DNA from: Octopus sinensis
Taxonomy: Eukaryota
DNA length: 64,000 nucleotides
Direction: 5' to 3'
Assembly (NCBI RefSeq): GCF_006345805.1
Contig: NC_043000.1
Location: forward strand, 152,954,001 to 153,018,000
The notes under the pieces were generated by a model. The model did not search any database and was not told where the DNA came from. It saw nothing but the letters and a program-made list of their open reading frames with translations. The position numbers and the translations under genes are program-made. This document shows positions 25,425 through 38,854 of the stretch, one piece after another (the stretch's first letter is position 1; the number at the start of each line of letters is the position of its first letter).

Positions 25425-25480
25425 GCAGGGATGGTGTTGGCAAGAGATTGGTTATTGGCAGTGCAACAGCAGGAAATACT
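25425..25480 (+). CDS. GPHN: Gephyrin E-domain exon: SRDGVGKRLVIGSATAGNT
   Basis: Acceptor aattttcAG at 25423-24, donor GTAAGT at 25481; 56 bp, phase 1 to 0; matches human AADGPGDRFIIGESQAGEQ. Confidence 0.9.
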
Positions 25481-26877
25481 GTAAGTGTATAATTAAACAG
25501 TTGAGAGTGTACGTCAGCCAGAGTCTTAACTTAATGTTAATTATTTCATTTTATTTTTTGAGACAGTCGGCACCTATCATTTACAATGTCTAATAACTGT
25601 TATGGCAAATATATTATCTGAAAATCTTAACACAGGTAAAACAGAGAATTAACAATTTTATAACAATTTGTCAGAGATTGCCTCTAATTTTATGATAAAG
25701 ATCTATCTCTGTTAAAAAGTTCATATTTACATTAAAACTGTCCATCATAATTTTATTATGTTACCTTCTTACCATCAGCTTAACAACAACAAACTTAGTT
25801 GTGTCTGAGGAGAGTCATACTGTCTTAATTCCTAATTATCTAACACACTCACTGGTTTGATTTCCACTCATTTATTATTTATATTTTTTCTTCCAAATTT
25901 TCATTGTTTTTGCACCGTTGAGGGTGTTAGATAATAAGGCAGTATGACTCTATCCAGATACAACAAAATTTGCTTCAACACACGAATTCACATGAAGAAT
26001 CTTGCAAACTAGATATAAAAACAATTTCCTAGAAACCTCAACTTCTTGATTATTTTCAAAATTTGAAAATATATCCAGTATATTTCATCATAAAATGTAG
26101 TAGCATAAGAGTTAACAACATATGCTAACCCTATAATCAGTGGATTAGCACAGTTGTTAGAAGAACATCAGGCAAAGCGTTTAGTGATATTTAATTTGAA
26201 CCTTTACATTTGGAGTTCAAATCCTGTTAAGGTCAATTTTACCTTTCACCCTTCCATCATGTACTGAGGTTGATTTAATTAATTTACTTAATTGATGCTA
26301 GTGTCTCCAAGGCTTCTTGAAACAAATGACTACGGCTGAGAATTCTGAATGCATTTTCTTAGTGCTGCTGGGGCTTTAAAAGATCCCAATGGCTGTAGTA
26401 TTCCTACGAGGAGCAGTGACATCAGCTATTAATTGCTTTGAAAGAAATAATCCTATAATTAACAAATTATGCGGCACATCACTGAACATATTCTGTTAGA
26501 TCATTTATCTGTTTCACTTTCTCAAACTAAAGCTAGATACTGACCTTAAAAAAAAAAAAAAAAAAATTCTGTGGTGTATGAAAGATATTTATATTTTTAT
26601 TATAGAAGATAGTTCTGGCATACTGAAAGTTGGAAGGTTGTTTAAAGGCATTCATACAGTTTGGGGTTACCAAAAAATTTGGTAAAGATATGCTGGCAGA
26701 AATATGGAAGTGGGGTTCCAGGAGGAAAACTATTCAAAGAAATTTTTCTAAGAATTGTAGCAGAGGAATGAAGAACTTTAATATTGTTTAATGTTGCATC
26801 AGAGAGAAGGAGGATGCTAAGAAGAAACACCCAGAATGAAACAGCGTGATCTATTCTTTTTTTAGCATTAGCCCCTT

Positions 26878-26913
<36 letters not shown>

Positions 26914-27859
26914 TTCTCTTGTTGCTGCTGTTTTTTTTTTTGTTTTTTGTTCTTGTTAGTAGCACTTGCATGAACTACAAGGTCTTCAGCATAATTACCA
27001 AAGTTTTATCACAAGTGTTGCCTCTCTCCTCTCTCAGCATTTCTGGAAGAAATTCTAGATTTTAATGGATGCTATTAAAAGAAGTCTGCACAATTGGTGG
27101 CAACCACCAACTGTTTGTTAGCTGTATTTATGATATATATATATATATATATGTATATATATGTATATATATGTATGTATATTGTCTGTCATTTATTTAT
27201 ACAGTCTGCTAATAGTAACTTTCTGGTAGAGTTAGTCGTAAATCTTAACCAACAGTAGTTCTTCATGGTCTGATGAATTCTTTACTTTTTGTTTAATAAA
27301 CATAAATACATATGTGTGTATGTGCATGTGTGTGTGTGTATGTATGTGCATGTGTGTGTGTGTGTGTGTGTGCATGCTGAGTTTGTTTTTGTTCTGGTTC
27401 AGAATAGACAAACTAATATGGTAATGTTTAATTTTTCAGACTGTATTGTATAAGAATGGTAGAATTCCTCCATTCTCCAAAGACTGTCCTAGTGTAGTCC
27501 TTTAGAAACTATTTTTTTTTTCATATTCCACATCTTCCTTTCATTGCCCTGTAGTTGTCAAGTCTGGTAGTGCACACTCATATGTACAGGTGCACACACA
27601 CACACACACATCTGCAATGACATTACATATATTTATGTGTATATTCTTGTGTTATATAACTGGCCAATACGAGTCTTTGAAATGCAGCTTCCATCATCGT
27701 CTTGTGTCTGTTTCCATACTGGAAATGGTCCAAGTCAGTTCTTATTCAGAGTTATTGCACTTCTCATCATTATTATTTAATGTTCATCTGTGCTGGCATG
27801 AGTTGGACTGTTCAACAAGATGTGGTAACAAGTCAGAATCATATATGTGTGTGTGTGTG

Positions 27860-27928
<69 letters not shown>

Positions 27929-27983
27929 AATATTAGGGAATAAATCCAGATTTAGGATTGAATCCAATTTTATAGTAAAATAT

Positions 27984-28266
27984 TATATTATATTAAATTA
28001 GAGACAAAACCACTATTATGCAAATCAAACAAAGAAAGACTTAAGCCAATACATAAATTATTTATATAAATTTAGAAATTTAACAATTATAAATAACCAC
28101 TACGATCGTTTCATGTCTTATTTCAGCACATCTTTGAGACATTCTTCAGGTGGTTTCAAAACCTTCTTGGCGAATTTTAAACTATGAAATAATTTATGTA
28201 TTGGCTTAAGTCTTTCTTTGTTTGATTTGCATAATAGTGGTTTTGTCTCTAATTTAATATAATATA
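27984..28266. repeat. Perfect 80-bp inverted repeat (27984-28063 / 28187-28266) with a 123-bp spacer containing the hammerhead; probable Penelope-like pLTR relic
   Basis: Arms checked base by base and are exact reverse complements; both sides are flanked by (TA)n. Confidence 0.85.
28095..28155 (-). ncRNA. Minimal type I hammerhead ribozyme with palindromic stem III (Penelope-like element type)
   Basis: Minus strand reads AACCAC-CUGAAGA-AUGUCU-(18 nt)-AGACAU-GAAA-CGAUCG-UA-GUGGUU. The CUGANGA and GAAA core is intact, stems I and II are perfect 6-bp helices, and the cleavage triplet is GUA. Confidence 0.85.
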
Positions 28267-29029
28267 TATATATATATATCATCATTTAACGTCCGTTTTC
28301 CATGCTAGCATGGGTTGGATGGTTCGACCGGGGCCTGGGAAGCCAGGAGGCTGTACCAGGCTCCAGTCTGATCTGGCAGTGTTTCTACAGCTGGATGCCC
28401 TTCCTAACACCAACCACTCCGTGAGTGTAGTGGGTGCTTTTTATGTGCCACTCGCACAGGGGCCAGAGGAGGCTGATATATAGTGATCTGGGTTGGTTCT
28501 ATGGCTGGATATCTCTTCTTATCACTGGTCAATTTACAGAATGTACTGAATGCATTTTGTCATTTCATTGCTCCAGCCCTAGAAAGGTTTCATATCTTTG
28601 CCAATATTAAATGGTTCTCTCACCCTTGCATTGTCTCTGCTCCTTCAACAGTTGCTGGGCAGTTATTATGGCACCAACACTAGAGATATCATGTCTTTGA
28701 TAAAACTGTCTTCCACATGTACTGGCTTGTCCTTTCAGGTGCTGGTGCCACTTAAAAAGTACCTGTGCCGATGCTGTGTTAATGCACCTGTGCTGGTGCT
28801 GCATTAACATACCTGTACTAGTGCTCCATAGACTCACCTGTGCTGGTGGCACCTAAAAGGCACCCAACTTATTCTGTTAAGTGGTTGGCATTAAGAAGGG
28901 CATCCAACCATAGAAACCATGCCTCAACAGACAGCTAGAGTCTGGACAGCTCTCTACTGGCCGGCTTCATGTCAAACTGTCCAACCTGTGCCAGCATGGA
29001 AAACAGATGTTAAACGATGATATATATAT

Positions 29030-29470
29030 AATCATCATCATCATCATCGTTCTACATCCGTTTTCCATGCTAGCATGGGTTGGATGGCTCGACCGGGGTC
29101 TGGGAAGCCAGGAGGCTGTACCAGGCTCCATTCTGATCTGGCAGTGTTTCTACAGCTGGATGCCCTTCCTAATGCCAACCACTCCATGAGTGTGGTGGGT
29201 GCTTTTTACGTGCCAGGGTAGGCTGGCAACAGCCACGATCAGTTGGTGCTTTTTACGTGCCACCAGCACGGAAGCCAGTCAAGGTGGCACTGGCATCGGC
29301 CACATACGGATGGTCCATTTTACGTGCCACCAGCACATGTATCGCAACCAATTTCCATTTGATGTACTTGACTCAATATGTCTCCTCAAACACAGCCGGT
29401 CACCCTGCGATCCAAGGCACTTTGGAAGGGCTGGGGCTTCTATGTGAAGCTGGTGCAGGAAACAGCCATG
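29030..29470 (-). mobile_element. RTE 3' end (one of several RTE tails between 28278 and 29965)
   Basis: (CAT)n tail and RTE terminal motif. Confidence 0.75.
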
Positions 29471-31741
29471 AACTCACATTATTTGTTGGACATACATATA
29501 TATGTAATGCATATATTACACACAAACACACACATGTTCATATGCATATTATGCCTCCCACCCTCCATCACTACTACTATCCTCGTACAGGTTGGCAGGT
29601 CTCCTCTAACAACTGTGTGAGCAATCATTGGTCTTTTGTTATCTTCTCCATGAGACTCAGTACCATCAGTCTTTACTATTTCATTCTGTGTCTTCCTGGG
29701 TCTCTCTCTCTCTGATAAATTCTATCTACTACTTTATTCTGCTGTCATCTTCCATACATACCACATACATATACAAGCACAATATTCTCTCACACACTAC
29801 ATAAGCACCCACTACACTTGCAGTGGTTGGCGTTAGGAAGGACATCCAGCTGTAGAAACTCTGCCAAATCAAGATTGGAGCCTAGTGCAGCCATCTGGAT
29901 CGCCAGTCCTCAGTCAAATCGTCCAGCCCATGCTAGCATGGAAAGCAGACCTTAAACAATGATGACTACATCTGATTCTGTTTATACTCAGTTTCTCTAA
30001 CAGCTCATTCGTATTATCTCATTCATTGACATTATGCAGCTGACCACGTTTCCTTCATTTCTTTCTATTCTTCTCCAGTCCTCTACAGTGGATTCCCCCA
30101 TTTCACTACCGGGCAGTCAGTGTTACACTTCATATATAACCATCTTAGATTCTGCCTTCCAACACTGATAGAGGAAAGCCTTTGTTACCAGTAAAGGTAG
30201 TAACTCCCAGAACTTAACCTGTTTAGTTTTGAAACATCTACCTCCACTGCTAATTAGGTTGCCTTCCTTAGTAACAGGAGCTTTCAACTACTTCTAGAAA
30301 GTCTTTCAAGCAGTTGATAGAATCTATTTCTGATGTGCTTTTAGTGCTTACTGCCCCTGTACATCTCCCATATACTAAGCTTACAGTCTCCAATAATCTG
30401 CCAGTGATTTCTTTACAGCATTTGTACATTTTTTGTTTACACTTAGTATATAGAATTCTTACCTACTTCTTTTCTATACATTGAGTAAAGACCATTTCCC
30501 TAACGATAGCTAGGTCCTGTCTTCTTTCTTATTTACCTATACTTTAGTGTTTGCTAAATTTACTTTTAAGTGTCTTGATTCTAGGTTTTGCATCCTGGAC
30601 AGGAATTTTTCTGACTGTACTAAAGATTCAACTTTAAGAACTCGGTCATCATATATGAATTTCCACAGATGGTCTTAGGCCCCTCTGTTACGGCCTGTAG
30701 GGCTTTGATAAATAGGAAGAAACTACATTGTCGACTGTCACCTTGCTGGCAACTCCTTTGTATATGGCTCATACAATTCTCACTAGCCATTTGTCTTTCT
30801 CTTGCTCTTTCAACAACTACCAGATCACAGAGTGAGGCTCCTCAGCAAGGACCTTCTCCAGATCTATAAATGCGAGATGCAGTGATTTACAACATAGCCA
30901 ATAGCTTCAGAGAGAATCTAAGTGTCCTATGCAACCAAGTTTTTGACTATTTTTATTCTTACTTGTATACATTTTTCTTTATATATGCCATAAATACTTT
31001 TGGGTAAGACATTATTTTCACAACACTTATTTCCACTTCTCCTAGAGCAGGCATCCTGATTGATTACCCATTGAAAAATACTTCTAATCATTGAAGTCAT
31101 ATGATAACACATGAGCGATTCTGTTAGACAGAAAGACTATCATATGTTGGATTCAGCCTTCTTCTTGAACAGTATCCTACCTGTCTCAGTGGCAACAAGC
31201 AAAATTTTCTCAAGGGAAGCTAGAAGCTATTTATGAACTGAAGAGAGTTTTGATTATTTGCTACTGAGAAGACACATGGCTGAGTGGTTTGGCAACTGGG
31301 TTGTTGATCATAAGGTCTTGGGATCAATTCCTAGTCCAGGAGGCTCATTGTGTTCTTGTGCAATGCACTTTACATCATGTTAATTCTATCTTCTCAACTG
31401 GCAAAAATGAGTAACAAAACTCAGACTACTCAGTCAGCAGCAAGTTAGCACAGCAGCATTAATGAGTCTGTAGTATGACCAAAAATCTTCAGGTATTATG
31501 ATTAGAAATTTAGCAGTGGACATTTATATCTTGTCTTAACCATTATCTTCATCTGTGCTTGTTAGCAATTATCTCATCATCATAGGTCAGATATGGCTAT
31601 GTGGTTAAGAAGGTTACATCTCAACCATGTGATGTGGGGTTCAACCTCACCGTGTGAGACCTTGGCAAGTATCTTCTTATATAGTCCTAGGTCAGCCAAA
31701 ACCTTGTTAGTGGACTTGGGAAACAGAAACTGAAAGACGCC

Positions 31742-31789
<48 letters not shown>

Positions 31790-32189
31790 GTGTAATGGTT
31801 GTGAATAAGCAGTGTTGTTTATTTCCAATCTTCTCTGTAAACATATCCAGCCATGTGGAAGTATTACCTACCTTGGATACAAGTGGTGACTAAAAGGACT
31901 CTGACCTTAGAAAATCTGTCTCAAAGAAGTGTCTGACAATCAAGTGTGGAATAAACGAACATTACAATGATGATAATGACCTTCCTCTTTATTTTAATTG
32001 TGATTATCATCATCTTCAGCTACATTGTCTAACACCATCATCATTATCTGTATCATCACCTTAACAATATCATGATAATGTTAGTCTTTGAATTAACATC
32101 TTCATATTTCTTCTACAGTTTTCAATGTGAGTGTTTATGTGTGTGTATATGTGTTTGTATATATGTACATGTGTGTGTGTTTTGTTGTT

Positions 32190-33190
32190 CATCATCATCA
32201 TCATCATCGTTTAACGTCCGCTTTCCATTCTAGCATTGGTTGGACAGTTCGACCAGGGTCTGGGAAGCCAGGAGGCTGCCCCAGGCTCAATCTGATCTGG
32301 CAAAGTTTCTACAGCTGGATGCCCTTCCTAATGCCAACCACTCCGTGAGTGTAGTGAGTGCTTTTTATGTGCCACCAGCACAGGGGCCAGAGGAGGCTGT
32401 CAGCAGCCACGATCAGTTGGTGCTTTTTATGTGCCACCAGCATGGAAGCCAGTCAATGGTGGCACTGGCATCGGCCACATTCGGATGGTGCATTTTACGT
32501 GCCATTGGCACGGGTATCACAACTACAATTTCCATTTGATTTTTATTTTGATGTTGATGTACTTGACTCAAGCACAGCAGTTCGCCCTACGATCCAAGAT
32601 ACTTTTGAATGGGCTGGGGCTGGTGGTTACACGAGGATACAGCCGTGAACTCACTTTATTTGCCGGGTCTTTGCAGTCACAGCAAATCTCCAGAGGTCTC
32701 TGTCTTTTGTCATTGCGTCTGTGAGACCCAATGTTTGAAGGTCATGCTTGACCACCTCATCCCATGTCTTCTTGGGTCAACCTCTACCCCAGATTCCTTC
32801 AACTGTTTGGGAGTGGCACTTCTTCACACATCCATCCATAGTACATGACCGTACCAGCGCAAACATCTCTCTTCCATGTCACGTCCAATGCTTCTTATGT
32901 CCAACATTTCTCTCAGGGTGCTTACACTCTGGCATGTGTGCACACTGACATTACACATCCAGCAGATCATGCTAGCTTCATTTCTTTCAAGCCTACCCAT
33001 GTCCTCCACAGTCATGGCCCATGTTTCACTGCTGTGAAGCTGTGAAGCATGGCAGTTCACACACATGCATCATACAATCTACCTTTCACTCTGAGCGAGA
33101 GGCCCTTTGTCACCAGTAGGGGTAGAAGCTTTCTAAACTTTGCCCAGGCTATTCTTATTCTAGTGGTAACACTCTCTGAGCATCCCCTAT
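32190..33190 (-). mobile_element. 5'-truncated RTE LINE ending about 50 bp upstream of gephyrin exon 33244
   Basis: ORF fragment ETWAMTVEDMGRLERNEASMICWMCNV...LRWYGHV plus 3' UTR and tail. Confidence 0.85.
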
Positions 33191-33243
33191 TTCTTTTTTG
33201 TAAATATTAAAATAATTTTGTTTTGGTTTTGTTTTTGTCTTAG

Positions 33244-33422
33244 TCGAAGACCCGTCTAGAGTCCTCCTATTGTATGCGTATCACCACTGGGGCCCCTGTA
33301 CCACAGGGAGCTGATGCAGTCGTACAAGTGGAAGATACTGAATTACTAAAGAAGGCAAATGATGGGAAAGAGGAGTTAGAAGTATTGATTAAGAAATCAC
33401 CAACTACAGGTCAAGATATCAG
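33244..33422 (+). CDS. GPHN: Gephyrin E-domain exon: [60 protein letters not shown]
   Basis: Long polypyrimidine tract ending tAG at 33242-43, donor GTAAGC at 33423; 179 bp, phase 0 to 2; carries the MoeA TGAP[13 protein letters not shown] and GQDIR motifs. Confidence 0.96.
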
Positions 33423-33559
33423 GTAAGCTTGGTCTAATGAATATTATCATGGTCTTTAATTTACTGTATGAAATAGGCTGTAGAATCATACTTTTTAAAA
33501 CACTTGTCACAATATCCCAATAAGATTAATGCTATTCTTTTACAGATGTTAGTTAATTT

Positions 33560-33810
33560 TTTGGCTCAAACAGCAAAAAGCAAGGCCATGTAGGGGGACA
33601 TGGAGTTATGTACAGGTTAGTGTTCATGTAAAGAGTTCAGGCCACTTGTGGTCAAGGGAGACTTTGGACCGAGCGGTTATTGGCATCTTCACCATCTCGT
33701 CCGGCAGCTTATTCCACGGATCCGCAACCCGGACGGAGAAAGCCCCTCTCCTTCGATTGAGATGAAATCGTCGCAGACAGAGCTTTTCGGAATGACCCCG
33801 CAGCCGTACA
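33560..33810 (-). mobile_element. CR1-type LINE 3' end
   Basis: Minus frame RLRGHSEKL...RRRGAFSVRVADPWNKLPDEMV...SLDHKWPELFT*; CpG-rich, so probably young. Confidence 0.8.
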
Positions 33811-34877
33811 ATTCTATTATAGAGATGGCTTAGAACAAACTTCTTTGCAGTATTTGTTCTGACTTTCAGAGCTGAGTTTAAATCTTGCCAAAATCAGTTT
33901 CGCTTTTCAGCCTTTTAGGCTCAGTACAGTTTTGGATTAGCAGAAATTTTAGAGCATCAGACTAGGTGTGTTGCAATATTTCTTCTGCCTATTTTCTATT
34001 TGCATTCTAAGGTTTTAGATGGTATACTTAATCTTTTAGCACTATCAATTCATCGTTAGGTGCCTTTAGCACTCTGTTGTAAGCATTCAGGTCAGGGTTT
34101 ACAATTTGTAGATAACTTCTTCCCTTTCTCTTGGCCTGTGTTGGAGCTGAAGAAAATAAACAGCCATGGGTATTGTCCTCACTGACTAGTAAAAAGCCAC
34201 AAAACTGAAGAATAACATCTTAATTCTATGAACTATTGGAAATATGTCGTGCCAGTGGCACGTAAAAAGCACCATTCGAGTGTGATCATTACCAGCGTCG
34301 CCTTACTGGCACTTGTGCCGGTGTGCACGTGACACGTAAAAAAAAAACATGATTTTTCCATGACTGTTGCCAATACCGCCTGACTGGCCCTCATGCCGGT
34401 GGAATGTAAAAGCATCCATTACACTCTCACAGTGGTTGGTGTTAGGAAGGGCATCCAGCTGTAGAAACTCTGCCAAATCAAGATTGGAGCCTGGTGCAGC
34501 ATCTGGTTTGCCAATCCTCAGTCAAATCGTCCAACCCATGCTAGCATGGAAAGCAGACGTTAAACGATGATGATGATGATCATCATCATCTTGAATTTTT
34601 CCTGAGGTTCCTTGGGGTGGCAGCAAAACATTAACACTGATTCTTAAGAGTCATATGAGTTCCACAATAATATTTTCCTTTTTTTCATATTGCCTTCAAC
34701 CCTTTGATCTGATATGGCCATCTCTTAAAACTACAACCCTTTCCCTTCAGTTAGGTTATAAAATATTAAATTGCAATATATGTCACTAATTTTTGAAACA
34801 TGTTCTAGATCCTCATGTGTCAGCTTCATTTCCTTATGAAGAAATGATAAATAGGTATTTATGGAGAGAGAGGGAGG

Positions 34878-34910
<33 letters not shown>

Positions 34911-34927
34911 GATAGTAGTACTAATAT

Positions 34928-35223
34928 CACGTGAATTCACGTGACCGACCAGACCATCAGATGTTGCTACACATCGCTGGTCACAATGCATTCGCATTGT
35001 TTTAGCCTTCGAACGACGCCACCCCGCTGGCTAAGTGAGCAGGCCAACAGACGAAAGAGTGGGTGAAAGAGTACAGCAGGGATCACCACCCCCTGCCGGA
35101 GCCTTGTGGAGCTTTTAGGTGTTTTCGCTCAATAAACACACACAACGCCCGGTCTGGGAATCAAAACCGCGATCCTCCGACCGTGAGTCCGCTGCCCTAA
35201 CCACTGGGCCATTGCGCCTCCAC
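34928..35223 (-). mobile_element. SINE family B head with body type 2
   Basis: 14-bp TSD agtagtactaatat; homologous to 58571-58877. Confidence 0.88.
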
Positions 35224-35467
35224 AGTAGTACTAATATAACCACTAACATTTGAAGACAGAAAATACGTGTAATTGTGTGTGTGAAGGAAAGAGAGGAAAT
35301 TGAAATGAATAAACAGATTGATAGATATCTACACATAGAGACAGAGACAGAGAAAGACAAGAAATGTAAGCTTACGTGTAACTATGGCTTGTTCGACTGA
35401 AAAAGGAACATAGATTTAAATTCATTGATAACACCATGATTTCAACATAAGGCTTTGTCTTCTTCAG

Positions 35468-35621
35468 GCCTGTTGGTGCTGATATTCCACAAGGTGAAAA
35501 GATCTTGAAACGGAGCCAAAGACTTGGACCTTCAGAACTTGGACTTCTAGCAACTGCTGGTGTGGTGCAAGCCAAATGCTTCCAGAAGCCAACTGTGGCC
35601 ATCTTGTCAACTGGTAATGAG
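35468..35621 (+). CDS. GPHN: Gephyrin E-domain exon: (R)PVGADIPQGEKILKRSQRLGPSELGLLATAGVVQAKCFQKPTVAILSTGNE
   Basis: Acceptor tcttcAG, donor GTATGT at 35622; 154 bp, phase 2 to 0; carries the MoeA GP-x-E-x-GLLA and STGNE motifs. Confidence 0.96.
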
Positions 35622-36304
35622 GTATGTTCTGCTTCACTTATTTTATATTGTAATTGGTCAACAATGGTATGATTGGTAATGAGTTTCCAACAATTCAGTT
35701 ACTGGTTCGCTGCATCATTTCTGACAGCAAGAGTGACAAGGGATTGTCTATAACTCTGTGCAGAACAATTATCACAAGTGTCCCCCCACACAGTCAGTTT
35801 CAAAATTCTTTTGTGATGGCCTGGCAAAATATAATATACAGTAGAGGACTAAGAACTGAGCCTTGATCTGCACATATCTGCATATTATATTCTTTGCTGA
35901 ACTCATTGCTAACTTTTACCTTGCTGATGGTATCTTTGTACAAGGCATGCATGGTCCTCACAAGTCATTCATCTATACTTAGTTTTCATAGCTACTACTG
36001 GGTGCAGTGCTTAGTACTTTGTTAAATTCCTTCTACTGGATGACAAATGTTAGATGTAATAGCTTATTCTTACCTAAGAATAAAGCATTATATCTAGCAG
36101 AGTTACTTCACCATGAAGAGAGCAAGCACCAGTGTAAATTGTCTAGTCTTAAATCCAAACCATCTCATCTAAATGATGGGCTTCTCAACAGTTTCCATCT
36201 ACTAAATTCTACTCACAAAATAATTCCATCTAAAGGATCTGCCCAGCGAAAGCTAACTTGGTACTTTGTGGCTTCAAATCAAATTTCTTAACCTTATATT
36301 TGCA

Positions 36305-36774
36305 TTTTTAATCAATCAAATATGAACCATTTTGTTGCACCATGCGTGTCCATCTTTCCTTTAACTTGAAAATACCCTCTTCCCAGAATTGAGGTGGTTT
36401 CATGACAAAGAATTCATCAAGGTATCTTCTTATGTCATCCAAGGAATTGAAATTTTTACCATTAAGACTATTCTGCAGAGACCTGAATAAGTGGAAATCC
36501 AAAGGAGCAATATCTGGTGAATATGGAGGGTAGGGTAACACATCCCAGCCGAGCTGCAGCAATTTTTGTCTGGTTCCCAAAGCATCAAGTGCTTTAAAGG
36601 GTTACAGAATTAAAACAGGTTATAGGAACATAAATCTTCTTCCATGATAAGATAGCTTACATTGTGCTCTAAATGGAGGTGTAGTCAAATCCTATTTTAT
36701 GGATTCAACCATGTTCTAAAATAAGTCGAAAGGTAAGCTACTGTAAATCGGCACAAACTTTCTGGACAACCCAA
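36305..36774 (-). mobile_element. Internally deleted mariner element lacking one TIR
   Basis: WDVLPYPPYSPDIAPLDFHLFRSLQN; right-hand TIR ends at 36774 and is followed by TA. Confidence 0.88.
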
Positions 36775-37634
36775 TACTTGCCAGCTATACTTGCTATCAT
36801 TCTACTGCTTATGTTGTTTTTGTTTCTGTTTTGTTATTGGTTTTGGTGGTGGTGTTGATTTTGTTTAATGTTGCTGCTGTTGTTGTATCGGTCTTATTAC
36901 TAGGTTTGATATTAGTTGTGATGATGGTATTGTAACTGGGTATCTACAGCTTAGCCTCGTTGGAACAATCTGTGACACTTATGCAGTCAGTTGAGTTACT
37001 GGGTGCAGTCATCAGATCCAGCACTTCAAATATATCCTACAGCTACCTGCTTAAGGATCACACTATCTGCTTTTGTATGCTATGAGTTTCTGGATGTAAG
37101 TACATCAGAGACTAGCAAACTGGAGTTGGTTTTGAGTGTGACATCTGTTGTAAGCTAGCAAGTTCAAGTGGGGAATAACAAGAGAGACTAGCAAAGTGGA
37201 GATGCTCAAAGTGTGACAGTTATTGTTCCTCTTCTCATATCATCATCATCATCATCGTTTAACGTCCGTTCTCCATGCTAGCACGGGTTGGACGGTTCGA
37301 CCGGGGATCTGGGAAGCCAGAAGGCTGCACCAGAAGGCTGCACCAGGCTCCGGTCTTATCTGGCAATGTTTCTACAGCTGGATGCCCTTCCTAACGCCAA
37401 CCACTGGCTTCGGCCACGATTCGGATGGTGCTTTTTACGTGCCACCGACATGGACGCCAGTCGAGGCAGCGCTGGCATCGGCCAAGATTCAGATAGTGCT
37501 TTTTACGTATCTCCAGTCCAGGGGTCCTGGCATCTGCCGGGTGCCAGTCATAGGATTGGTTCAATTTCGATTCTTTGTTGTTAAGGGTTAGTGAAGTCAT
37601 TGATGATAGTGCTAGTTTTTATTGGTAATTGCTT

Positions 37635-38070
37635 TAGACTTTTATTTGAAGTATAGGCGCAGGAGTGGCTGTGTGGTAAGTAGCTTGCTTACCAACCACA
37701 TGGTTCCGGGTTCAGTCCCACTGCATGGCATCTAGGGCAAGTGTCTTCTGCTATAGCCCCGGGCCGACCAATGCTTTGTGAGTGGATTTGGTAGACGGAA
37801 ACTGAAAGTAGCTTGTTGTATATATGTATTTATATATATATGTATGCGTGTGTGTTTGTTTGTTTGTGTGTCTGTGTTTGTCCCCCTAGCATTGCTTGAC
37901 AACCGATGCTGGTGTGTTTATGTCCCCGTCACTTAGCCGTTCGGCAAAAGAGACCGATAGAATAAGTACTGGGCTTACAAAGAATAAGTCCCGGGGTCGA
38001 TTTGCTCGACTAAAGGCGGTGCTCCAGCATGGCCACAGTCAAATGACTGAAACAAGTAAAAGAGTCAAAA
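37635..38070 (+). mobile_element. SINE family A
   Basis: Full-length copy. Confidence 0.85.
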
Positions 38071-38854
38071 AGTAAGTGTAAAGGAGTAATAGTGTTGTAT
38101 TCATTTTCTGGTGTATTTCAGATACGTTGGAGTGTGAGTAACGGGGATATTAATGTATCATCACTGTTGCTCTTGTTTGTTAGCTCTAGGCCAGACCTGA
38201 TCAAGCAAACCTAGTTTTCTTTATTTAAGACAGTAGGGCATGATTTGAGGAACATTTTACCTGCTATTTTTAGCTGTTATTGCTGTTGATGTTGGTACTT
38301 ATGGCATAATGGTTTTAGTGATGCTGATGGTGTTGCTACAAACAGGAAATCAGAAAAATAGATTACATTTTGAACAAAAATGGCCACCATATGATATCGT
38401 AGTGTTTTTGTGTTCCAAATTGTCATTTTGCAAGGTGTAGAAGTGTCTTAGACAGCAGAATATGTGACTGGATACTTGAATGCAATGAGTTTCATAACTC
38501 ACTTTTACTAAATTTAAATTTTGCCCAAGACTACTCTGCACCATCCACCCTTCTTAACTTTGACCTGGACTACCTAGAAAAATATTCAAAGAAAGGAATG
38601 TTTAGTGAGAAATAACATATGTTATTGGCAGGAACAAGGCATGAGTAAATCTCAGCATCTAATTTCCAGTGATGTGACTGTGTGTAATATTCTAGTTCTC
38701 TATAATTTTTACCACTCCAACATCTTTATACATATTGATAATAAATAAGTGCATTTTTATCTGGAGACAAAAATTGGTTTGTACCTTAACAAAGAAATCC
38801 TTATGGTTATACTTCTTAATTTTAACATTTCCATGTCAGTGTTATTAATTGATG

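Noticed and set aside
35654-35866. ORF just after the last gephyrin exon as a candidate next exon
   Set aside because: It lacks the IRDSN motif, and the minus strand encodes an RTE RT fragment (QGSVLSPLL).
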